A DNA stretch of 64,000 nt from Squalus acanthias (lineage: Eukaryota): assembly GCA_030390025.1 (NCBI GenBank), contig CM059432.1, positions 22,012,001-22,076,000 on the forward strand. Reading direction: 5' to 3'. Under the pieces are notes generated by a model. That model saw only the letters and a program-made list of their open reading frames with translations. It searched no databases and was not told the DNA's origin. Both the position numbers and the translations under genes were made by a program. Of this stretch, positions 1 through 10,355 are shown piece after piece. Within the stretch, counting starts at the first letter, position 1, and each line of letters begins with the position of its first letter.

Positions 1-75
1 GGTTCTCAACCCTTCCGCCAATGGGAACAGTTTCTCTCTATCTACTCTGGCTAGACCCCTCATGATTTTGAACAC

Positions 76-322
76 AAGTGGATGTAAAATATTCCATCAT
101 ACTATTTGGAGAAGAGCAGGGTATTCTCCTGGTATCCTGGCCAATGTACAACCGTCAATATCACCAAAAAAAAAATCTGCTCATTCATTCAGCTGCTGTT
201 TGTAGGACTTATGTTTGACTACATAACAGTGACTGCACTTCAGAAATAATTTGTCGGCTGTAAAATGCTTTGGAATGATCTGAGGAGGTGAAAGATGCTA
301 CAGAAATGCTAGTTATTTCTTC
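76..322 (+). mobile_element. SacSINE1-like (Deu-domain) SINE, 3' portion
   Basis: gtggatgtaaaatattccat...gaagagcaggg core and tgtaaaatgctttgg...gaaagatgctacagaaatgc tail match the fuller copies at 24254 and 51271. Confidence 0.65.
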
Positions 323-608
323 TCCTGTCATATGGAGGCAGTTAGATGTTTAATAGTCATTGCGATAGAAGTCAGTGTACCTGACTCTTGACTTTTACGA
401 CTTATTCTCCCCCCTCTTAGAGAGGCTTATTTATCTTCCAGTTGCCAGTTCTGCTGAAGTTCTGTTTCTAGGTCTGAAACATGAATTCACCTTTCTCTTT
501 ACAGATGTTGCTTTGCTGTGTATTACAGCTCCTTTGTTTCTTTATTTCTAATTTCCAATATTTTTTTTTCTTTATATCTCATACTGATTACCATTTGTAT
601 AGTTTTAT

Positions 609-1205
609 TACTTGTGGAGGAGTCCAAAACTAGAGGACACAAATATAAGATAGCCACGAATAAATCCAATAAGGAATGCAGGAAAAACTTCTTTACCCAG
701 AGAATAGTTAGAATGTGGAACTCGCTACAACGTGGAGTAGTTGAGGCGAATAGCATCGATGAACACATGAGGGAGAAAGGAATAGAAGGATATGCTGATA
801 GGATTCACAGAATCCCCACAGTGCAGATAGAGGCCATTTCGGCCCATCGAGCCTGCACCGACACATATCCCACCCTATCCCTGTAACCCCACGTATTTAA
901 TCCCCCTAACACTAAGGGTCAATTTATCATAGCCAAATCAACCTAACCCGCACATCTTTGGACTGTGGGAGGAAACCGGAGCACCCGGAGGAAACCCACG
1001 CAGACACGGGGAGAATGTGCAAACTCCACACAGACAGTCACCCGGGGCCGCATTCGAACCCTGGTGCCCCTGGCGCTGTGAGGCAACAGTGCTAACTACT
1101 ATGCCACCGTGTTAGGGTGGGAAGAGGCTCGTGTGGAGCATAAACACCAGCATAGATCAGTTGGGCCAAATGGCCTGTTTCTGTGCTGTAAGTTCGATGT
1201 AATAT
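609..1205 (+). mobile_element. CR1 LINE 3' fragment, interrupted by an HE1 SINE
   Basis: Encodes TRGHKYK...RKNFFTQRIVRMWNSL (CR1 ORF2 C-terminus); the 3' UTR resumes at 1111 and matches the uninterrupted copy at 35855-36253. Confidence 0.85.
803..1110 (-). mobile_element. HE1-type V-SINE (tRNA-derived, elasmobranch)
   Basis: V-SINE core tgtgggaggaaaccggagcacccggaggaaacccacgcagacacggggagaatgtgcaaactccacacagac; tRNA-like head on the minus strand (acggtggcatagtagttagcactgttgcctcacagcgcc...ggttcgaat). Confidence 0.85.
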
Positions 1206-1229
1206 GTTCCAATTCCACTGCATTCTATT

Positions 1230-1500
1230 GGTGGAGGAAATTGCAGCTCATCCAAGAGAACCAGTCTAATAGCCCAGAGGCAGTGGAGGGGTCGAAAGAG
1301 GTGGTGGAGAGGTGGACTTGGGTGTTGTCAGCGTACATATGGATGCTGACCCCCCCCCCCCATGTCTGTGGATGATGTTGTAAAGGAGCGGCATGTAGAT
1401 GAGGAAAAAGGATAGATCCTTGGGGGACTCCAGAGATAGGGGACAGGAAGGAAAGGTGTTGATGGGAGTTATGTTCAGAAAGGTAAGAATGGAACAATGG
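1230..1500 (-). mobile_element. L2-type LINE RT fragment
   Basis: Minus-strand translation SGVPQGSILFP...IHMYADNTQVHLS. Confidence 0.75.
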
Positions 1501-2109
1501 AAGCGAGGCGAGGAAGTAGAGTCAGAAATATTGTTAATCTTAGAATATTAAAGGAACTTGTTTCCAATCAGAAATGAAAATTACTTTTAAAAAATGTATT
1601 TCTGAATATTGAATTTGCAGTTGAAAATCCATTCTTGTCCACATTTGGTGCTCCGTCATCTTTAATTTTCCAGGAAGAATTGAAAAACAATTCCTTCCAA
1701 TCGGGTTTTAGATGCCCTTATTTGCATCTCTGTGTTTAGCTCAATAGTGATTCAGTGCGTTTCCCAGTTAGGCAATCAGTCATTAATTATCCCAATCCAA
1801 GTTGTCAGTGAAATGTCTAGCTGGAGACAAAATATGCAAATTTTATTCTGACAATGATTAGAGGGAGACATCGATGTTGATCTCCAGTCACCTCTAAAAG
1901 ACAAGCTATTCAAATTTGCAATCATTTAAACCACTGGAACTGCGGGAAAGGAAAACCAGGCAAAGGGTTATTTTGAAGTTAGATTTGCAAAAACTTGATA
2001 ATGACACTCTATTAACTTTACTGTTCAGGGTATTTAGCTTGTATTTTCATGCATTGCTATTGCAATGTCCCCATGCAAAGATAAGATCCCTGTTTCTAAG
2101 TCATACAGA

Positions 2110-2260
2110 TTATGTTTGATTCTCAGTCTCACCTGGAGTTGGGGTGGGCGTGCGGGCGACAATTGGCCTCAGTGCCCACTAAAATGGGAAAAGGAAAATT
2201 GGCCAAGGTTCCCATTCTTGATTGCTGGAAGTGCACTTGTGTGGATGCCAGGAGAGGGCA
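2110..2260 (+). repeat. Degraded SINE-like repeat, family unassigned (related copies ~45925-46190 and ~47590-47880)
   Basis: Shared core acaattggcctcagtgccc...aaaa...gccagggttccc in three places in the window. Confidence 0.45.
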
Positions 2261-2724
2261 GGATCATGTAGAGCACTGTGCTGGCGGGCTGGTCTGCATC
2301 CTTTGTGTCAACCCGCTTTTTACTTTACCAGGCTTTTGGGCCACCGGAGTCTGCTCTGCTTTGCTAAGTTTCCATGCTTCCCTTTCTACCTGCCCATCTC
2401 CTACCTCATTATTCTATTTACACACTCTCTGGGACTCATATTTGTCTTTTACTTCTCTTCTGCCCTTTAACCATAGGAACAGGAGTAGGCCATTCAGCCC
2501 CTCGAACCTGTTCCACCATTCAATTAGATCATGGCTGATCTATATCTTAACTCCATCTACCGCCTTGGTTCCGTAACCCTTAATACCCTTGCCTAACCAT
2601 CTCCTGTTCTGCATTTAAGCACTTTACAGGTCATTCTATTTCTTTTACTGTGAGCCTGGTTGTGTTTTCTTCTCCCGCCCCCTTGGTTTAATTCCTTTTT
2701 AAATGCTGTTCATCTGTAATATCT

Positions 2725-2855
2725 TCTAGTTCTGATGGAGGGTCTACACCTGAAATGACAACTTGTCTGCTCTCTCCACAGGTTCTGCCTGACCGGCATG
2801 AGTTTTCTGTTTTCATTTCCGATTTCCAGCATCTGAGGTATTTGACTTTTTGTTC
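2725..2855 (+). mobile_element. Penelope-like element terminal fragment with degenerate hammerhead core
   Basis: ctgatggagggtctacacctgaaa...ctctctccacag...gcctgacc...tttccagcatc; same repeat at ~445-560, 23116-23184, 30516-30676, 41825-41865 and 50918-51025. Confidence 0.55.
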
Positions 2856-4084
2856 AAGTTATTAGGAGAGCTCCTCTTAAATAATTTTTTCTAAAACATT
2901 AAATAAAATTTTGGTGGGCACAATCACGAGGGAAATGGCATCACGGGGTCATTTTATTTACTAAGATGGCGAGCCTCACACACTGGCATGGCATATCAGA
3001 AATTCAAACATGATTTTTTTCAGAATTAAAATTAATGATTGTAAAACCATGGGCAGCATGTGCCTGAACTTCGGATGTGCACCATAGGCATTGAGGCTCC
3101 CCACCCACAGAATGGACTCATAAAACAATTTCTTATACGCAGACATAGTTGGAAAGCTTTTCATACTAATATTTAGTGGTAATGTTATCCCTTTAAAGGT
3201 GAGAAGGCAATTCTCAGCTCTCCAAGCAGAAATATATCGACACACTCTGGTATTGAAATATCTCTTTGTGCTACTTTTAGCCTGCTGGTTAATGTGTTTT
3301 CATTTAATTCTCTGTGTGTTCTGTTTTATTTTAAGTCAGTAACCCATTTAAACAGGTTAACAGGTCTGTTAAATTATTGCAAACAGGAATTTGACACTAA
3401 CATGTTAACCATTCTTTTTAAAACTAACCCGCAGGGCGAATGCAATTTCTCTGCCCTGTTAACTTTCTTCTTTTAAAGGGGAAGTGCATTTATCTGAATT
3501 GCCAAATAATAATGCTCTAACGTAAATGGCAGAAATTGTGAATCATACGAGCATGCAAACAATGACGGACAGGAAAAGACCCTTTAGTCCATCCAGCCTG
3601 TCCCACACAATTGCAAGACCTTGTGTGTCACAATATATAGGCCTAGAAATTCATGAGCCCCTGCGGAGATGGCAATGCACTAGCAACCCGCGCCCGTTCG
3701 GAGGACTGCAGGAAGCACGCAAACTGCGTGCTGCCTGCTGATTAGCATGATTGCAGTATTCAGCCCAGCGCTGAACGCGCTGCTGAGTGGCTGAACACTC
3801 AACAGGGGGCCCAAGTTCCTGTGAGGCTAGCACCAATTAAAGCTAGCCTGGAGGAGATGGTGCTGGCCATTCTTGGTAGAGGCATGGCTGAGCCTGTGAC
3901 CAGTGGTGGGGCTAAATGAGTACAGGAGGCCGGTTTCCTCATACGTTATCCTCCTTCTCACATTCCACTTCCTCCTCATCCCACAATCTCTTCTGATTTA
4001 CAGTCTGCACATGGTGTAAGCACGCACATGTTGCTTTCTGCCCCTCCTCTTACCACAATCCTACACTTGTGCCTTTTTCATTTC

Positions 4085-5500
4085 AGATCCCCAAGAAATC
4101 CAACCTGCCCAGCAAATGGTTGCACAAGAAGAGGGAGAGGAGAGTGAAGAAGAAGAAGAAGAAACACCATCACTCGATCTGACACTCACAGCCACCAGCT
4201 CAGATTCTGGCACTGTACGGAGTTTAGAAGGTAGCTTAGAGGCAAGATCTGCACGCGGTGAGTCACCAGGCAAGAGTGACCTACAGCCAGGGCAGGGGGA
4301 AAGGGTAGTGCAGGTGCCAGCTCCCCAGAGAGCGAGGTCACACACAAGTCCTGCTGCAGAGGACACAGATGAGGACTTCGAAGGGGCGGCCTACAGAAGA
4401 ACGCTGATGGGTATGCACAAAAAAATGCCTGCCAGGAAGTCTGAGTGCAAATTCAAGGAGCATGGAGGAGTCTGGCTCCAACCTTGCACAGGGCTTTGCG
4501 CAGAGCTGGGAGCCCATGATTTCCAGCATGGAAGGGGTGGGCAGATCCATTAGCACACATGTAGACCCAATCATCATGCAGCATCTGATGGCTGATGCCT
4601 CAGCTTCCATTGCAGCACAAGCACAAGCCAACCTGCATTTGAGAGCTGCAGTGGAAGCTCAGACTTCTGTCATGCAAACTCAGACTGATGTCATGCAAGC
4701 TCAGCTTGCTGCCACGCAAGCTCAGACTTCTGCCATCAAGGCTGGGTTTACCAGTGTCGAAAGGGGCTTGCAGGTTGCCACAGCAGTCTAGCAATCTGTC
4801 CTCCAACAGATGGCTAGGATTGCTGAGGCACCGCCCCGGGGACAGTGGCAGTGGCTCTGTGGAGCAAGAACCTGCTGTCCTCTCTCAGGATGGCAGCATT
4901 CGTACTCCCACCACTGTCACTCTGCCAGTGACCTTGCTGCTGCCCGTCAGCCAGCCATTCCAGACTGCTGCCGCCCATGTCGAGGTGGTGCAGTCTAAAG
5001 CTGGACCTTCTAGGCCAAGAGCTGTTCAAGGTCACCCTGCAAGGCCACCTGCAGTCTCCCCCATGGAAAGTCAGCAGCCTTCCACCAGCCATGCTACAAC
5101 CAATGGGGTAGCACTGCGTAGGAGCACTAGGGTAGTCTAGGAATGCTGAGGCGCCGCCCCAGGGGAGTGTCAGTGGCTCCGTGGAGGACGAACATCTGTC
5201 CTTTCTCAGGATGACAGCATTGTCCTCCCACCGCTGCCGCTCTGCCAGTGCTCTTGCTGTTACCTGTCAGCCAGCTAGCCCAGACTGCTGCTGCCCATGC
5301 CGAGGTTGTGCAGTCTGCAGCCGGGCCTTCTAGGCTCTGAGCTGCTCGAGATGGTCCTGTATGGCCACCTGTAGTCTCCTCCACTGAGAGTCAGCAGCCT
5401 ACCACCACCCATGCTGCAGCCACTGGGGTAGTACTTCGTAGGACCACTAGGACAGGCAAAGGCACACTGAACACAGGCTCTAAGGGAATGCATAAGGGTG
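4085..5500 (+). pseudogene. Harbinger second-ORF (Myb/SANT-partner type) C-terminal remnant, frameshifted
   Basis: Acidic/low-complexity ORF pieces (QEEGEESEEEEEETPSLDLTLTATSSD...; AQTSVMQ heptads) after a splice acceptor (ttcatttcag ~4077-4086), convergent with the transposase inside the same TIRs. Confidence 0.55.
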
Positions 5501-5984
5501 ATTAGTTGACTTTGTTAAGTTCCATTGGATGGATTGATGGATAAAGTTGGATTGGAATGTTTCTTTTGTGGTGGTTTTTATGTCAGCCTAGTGGCCAAGT
5601 GGACGCTGTGATTGTCAGTAACAGAGGACAGGTATAGAATCATAGAATCATAGAATGGTTACAACACAGAAGGAGGCCATTCGGCCCGTCGATCCCGTGC
5701 CGGCTCTCTGCAAGAGCACTTCAGCTAGTCCCACTCCCCTGCCCTTTCCCCATAGCCCTGCAATTTTTTTTCCTTTAGGTACTTATCCAATTCTCTTTTG
5801 AAAGCCATGGTTGAATCTGCCTCCACCACCCTTTCAGGCAGTGCATTCCAGATCCAAACCACTCGCTGAGTAAAATGTTTTTCCTCATGTTGCGTTTGGC
5901 TCTTCTGCCAATCACCTTAAATCTGTGTCCTCTGGTTCTCGACCCTTCCTCCAGTGGGAACAGTTTCTCTCTATCTACTCTGTC

Positions 5985-8037
5985 ATGAAAACCCAAAAGG
6001 AAAAGTGATCCAATCATGGCTAACAAAAGAAATTAAAGCTAGTATTAAGTCAAAGGAGGAAGCTTATAAAGTTGCCAGAAAAAGCGGTCAGCCTGAGGAT
6101 TGGGATCTTTTTAGAAATCAGCAAAGGGGGACCAAGAAATTGATAAAGAAAGGGAAAATGGAATATGAGCACCAACTAGCGAAAAATATAAAAACGGATT
6201 GTAAAAGCTTCTATAGGTATGTGAAAAGGAAAAGACTGGCGAAGGTAAATGTAGGTCCTTTACAGTCAGAGATGGGAGAATTTATAATGGGGAATGAGGA
6301 AATGGCTGAGAAATTAAATAAAAACTTTGTTTCTGTCTTCACGGAGGAAGACACAAAAAACCTCCCAGAAATACGAGAAAACCAAGGGTGTGACGAGAAT
6401 GAGGAACTTAAAGAAATTACTATTAGTAAAAAAACAGTACTAGCAAAATTAATGACACTAAAAGTCGACAAATCCCAAGGACCAGATGACCTACATCCTA
6501 GGGTTTTGAAAGAGGTGGCCATTGGAATAGTGGACGCATTGGTTGTCATCTTCCAAAATTCTATAGATTCTGGAACGGTTCCTGCAGATTGGAGGATAGC
6601 AAATGTAACCACACTATTTAAGAAAGGAGGGAGAGAGAAAACGGGGAACTACAGACCTGTTAGCCTCACATCAGTAGTTGGGAAAATGCTGGAATCTATT
6701 ATAAAGGATGCAATAACTGGGCACTTAGAAACTAATAGTAAGATTGGGCAGAGTCAACATGGATTTATGAAAGGGAAATCCTGTTTGACAAACCTATTGG
6801 AGTTCTTTGAGGATGTAACTAGTGGAGTAGACAAAGGGGAACCAGTAGATGTGGTGTATCTGGATTTTCAGAAGGCCTTCGATAAGGTCCCACACAAGAG
6901 GTTGGTGAACAAAATTAGGGCACATGGAATTGGGGGTAATATACTAGCATGGATTGAGAATTGGTTAACAGACAGAAAACAAAGAGTAGGGATAAACGGG
7001 TCTTTTTCAGGATGGCAGGCTGTGACTAGTGGGGTACCGCAAGGATCGGTGCTTAGGCACCAGCTAGTCACAATCTATATCAATGATTTGGATGAGGGGA
7101 CTAAATGTAACATTTCCAAATTTGCTGATGATACAAAGCTAGGTGGCAGTGTCAGTTGTGAAGAGGATGTGATTAGGCTTCAAGGGGATCTCGACAGGCT
7201 CAGTGAGTGGGAGAGAACATGGCAGATGGAATATAATGTGGATAAATGTGAAGTTATCCACTTTGGTAGAAAAAACAGAACGGCAGAGTATTTCCTAAAT
7301 GGTGAAAGATTGGGCAATGCAGATGCTCAAAGGGACCTGGGTGTCCTTGTACATGAGTCACCGAAAGTGAATGTGCAGGTGCAGCAAGCCATTAGGAAGG
7401 CAAATGGTATGCTGGCCTTCATTACAATAGGATTTGAGTACAGGAGTAAAGAAGTCTTACTCTAATTATATAGGGCCTTAGTGAGACCACACCTGGATTA
7501 CTGTGTACAATTTTGGTCTCCTTACCTAAGGAAGGATATACTTGCCATAGAGGGAGTGCAACGAAGGTTCACGAGATTGATTCCTGGGATGGCGGGACTG
7601 TCGTATGAGAAGAGATTGCGTAAACTAGGCCTGTATTCTCTTGAATTCAGCAGAATGAGAGGGGATCTCATTGAAGCATACAAAATTATTACAGGGCTTG
7701 ATAGGGTGGATGCTGGGAGAATGTTTCCCTTAGCTGGGGAGTCTAGAACGAGGGGTCACAGCCTCAGGATAAAGGGTAGGCCATTCAGAACTGAGATGAG
7801 AAGAAATTTCTTCACACAGAGGGTGGTGAATCTTTGGAATTCTCTGCCCCAGAGGGCTGTGGAGGCTCAGTCATTGGGTATATTCAAAACAGAAGTCGAT
7901 AGATTTCTGACTAGTAAGGGCATCAAGGGATATGGCCGGTGAATGGAGTTGAGGCAGAAGATCAGCCATGATCTCATTGAATGGCTCGAAGGGCCGAATG
8001 GCCCACTCCTGTTCCTATTTCTTATGTTCTTATGTTC
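5985..8037 (+). mobile_element. 5'-truncated CR1 LINE, young; ORF2 RT broken by one in-frame stop (7463-7465)
   Basis: ORFs 5954-7465 and 7481-7942 are in one frame, with YRPVSLTS, YLDFQKAFDKV, GVPQGSVL and KFADDTKL; 3' tail (ttcttatg)n. Confidence 0.93.
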
Positions 8038-9255
8038 TAGACGCCTCATGATTTTAAACACCTCTATCAAATCTCCTCTTAATCTTCTCTGCTCTAAGGA
8101 GAACAACCCCAGCTTCTCCAGTCTATCCATGTAATTGAAGTCCCTCATCCCTGGAACCATTCTTGTAAATCTTTTCTACACCCTCTCTAAGGTCTTCACA
8201 TCCTTCCAGTTGAGGCCGAACCAATATTTTATAAATGTTCATCATAACTTCCTTGCTTTTTTACTCTCTGCCTCTATTCATGAAGCCCAGGATCACGTAT
8301 GCTTTTTTAACCGCTTTCTCAACCTGCCCTGCCACCTTCAATGATTTGTTCACATATACCCCTAGGTCACTCTGTTCATGCACCCCCTTTAGAATTGCAC
8401 CCTTTTGTTTATATTGCCTCTCCTTGTTCTTCCTACCAAAATGTATCACTTTGCACTTTTCTGCATTAAATTTCATCTGCCACGTGTCTGCCCATTCCAC
8501 CAGGCTATCTATGTCCTCTTGAAGTCTATCACTATTCTCCTCATTGTTCACTATACAGGAAACTCTTTATTAACCGGCACCGACGGGACCGGCGTGGTGC
8601 CGGTTAATCAAAAAGTCCGGATAACGGAGAGTTATATCTCCCAACGTACGAGAGCCCCGTACACATTGACATGCGCCTGCATGTAGAATTCGCAATATAT
8701 CGCGATTTGATTAATGAGGAGAAAACACAAAGTTTCGTTCAAACAGCTTTTATTTCAGCAGAATGCTGGCAGGTTTAAATTGGACACAAGCAGCCTGTAA
8801 AATGGCCGCCGCACCTCGTGACAGAACATTCTAGACTTTTCAACAGGCAGACAAGATGGCGTTCCAATAAACATTTGTGCAAGATCGATTACGATTCAGC
8901 ACAGTGAAGATAATACACGAGACATTATGGGTTTGCAGTATAAACATAGATACTGGAATCGGTCTCCCAGGTACAAAGGAAAGCCATTGTACCGAGTAAT
9001 CAAGGGCCCATCCAAAGGACATTAATATGTAAATCCCAACGACTCTACGATGAGAGAGCCGTTAGCAGGTAGTTATACAGGACACTTGGAAGCCCCAAAC
9101 CCCTCCAGGGAGAACACCGACCGATTTAACAATGGGAGAAATATTAACAGGCACTCAGACATTTATGAGTAGCCCCGAAACCCATTAAGAACGGAGATCA
9201 CCCATACAAGACATTTGGGCGCCAAACCCTAAACAAAAGAATGGACATTATAGTT

Positions 9256-9311
9256 GGGCGGGAAACGGAAGATTTTTGCACTATAATTGCAGGCTCCAAA
9301 CCGTCCATTCT
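9256..9311 (+). promoter_or_regulatory. Candidate LTR promoter: GC box, ETS-like CGGAAG, TATAA, Inr
   Basis: GGGCGGG 9256, CGGAAG 9266, TATAA 9282, CCATTCT 9305 followed by a pyrimidine run; an alternative TATATAA lies at 10019. Confidence 0.5.
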
Positions 9312-9519
9312 CTCTCTTGCTCTGGCATTCGCTCGCTTGCTCCTGTGTGTTATCCGGTCGATTCGTAACCTCGTGGCTGCTCCTGTGTACTCGTAGTTGG
9401 GCTTCTGCTTGCCCGTTGCCCTTTCTGAAAAGACTGTTGAACTTTCTGATCCGTTCGGATCTACCTCGTGTCGCGTAACGAAGACCTATGTTGGTAACTG
9501 GCAGCGGAACCGAAGGCCC

Positions 9520-9552
9520 GAGATGAGATGAGATGAGATGAGATGAGATGAG
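9520..9552 (+). repeat. (GAGAT)n microsatellite within the LTR (same length in the 3' LTR)
   Basis: gagatgagatgagatg... read directly in both LTRs. Confidence 0.9.
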
Positions 9553-10355
9553 AAGAGAGGAAGACCATATCCATCGCCACGGTCAGTAAATCCCGACCGC
9601 GCCTGTAGGTCGATCAGCCAAGTTTTCCTCGCCAGGAAGATTTCTATTTTGAACTTTTAACAAAACATATTGCATCGACGATAATGGGACTGTGTCTAAG
9701 GAGACTGGTACGTGAAACCAACCAACAGAGATCTTCATCACAGCAGACGGTCCAGCCTACTAGCCGGAGCAGCAGAAGCAAGTAAACAAGTGGGACCAGG
9801 AGATCTCCTGACCGACACGTGGGTGCTGCGGTGAAAAACATCCGATCAGCTATTCGGAATTTCTCCGAGTTATCACGAGTGGTGAGCATGAGTCTCGAGA
9901 TCCTACGAAGCTAGTTTAGGATAGATATTGATAGGGGAGGGTTTAAGGATTAAGGATATTTGTAATGTGTGCCCCTATTTACTTTGTGCCGTTCGTTCCT
10001 CGTTTCCCTAAGATCGACTATATAACTGTTTGTAAGATTGTACTGTCATTAATCTGTGCTTATGACATGTATTTCATAATTTTAAGTATCATGCAATAAA
10101 GATTTTCCATTTCGTACCATTCAAACCAAGTCTACATGAGTTTTATCTCCATTACTGCTCTCGCATCTAAGTCCAGTGTCTAGAACCGTAAGGGAGAGTG
10201 ATTCGAACCACTCACAGGTGTGTCTAGTGTTCCCAGACTGGCTGGAGACCAGAACAGGCAACCAGGCCTAGACCCGCACTGACATACAGGCTGCACAGAG
10301 CCGCGTGAACCTCACAGGCTGCGAGACACGCAGGGTCAGGAATCCCTTACAGAAA

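Larger units (their letters stand above)
8682..10351 (+). repeat. 5' LTR (1670 bp)
   Basis: TGTAGAATTC...CCCTTACA; direct repeat of 19730-21399, differences seen at 9505, 9685 and 10263. Confidence 0.97.

Noticed and set aside
8840..9889. Short ORFs in the LTRs (60-81 aa, duplicated in the 3' LTR) as accessory genes
   Set aside because: Short, with no recognisable motifs; they appear twice only because the LTRs are duplicated
10305..10355. ORF-track N-terminal extension of Gag (GTG start in U5)
   Set aside because: It lies inside the LTR and is repeated at 21353; the first ATG, in strong context, is at 10356
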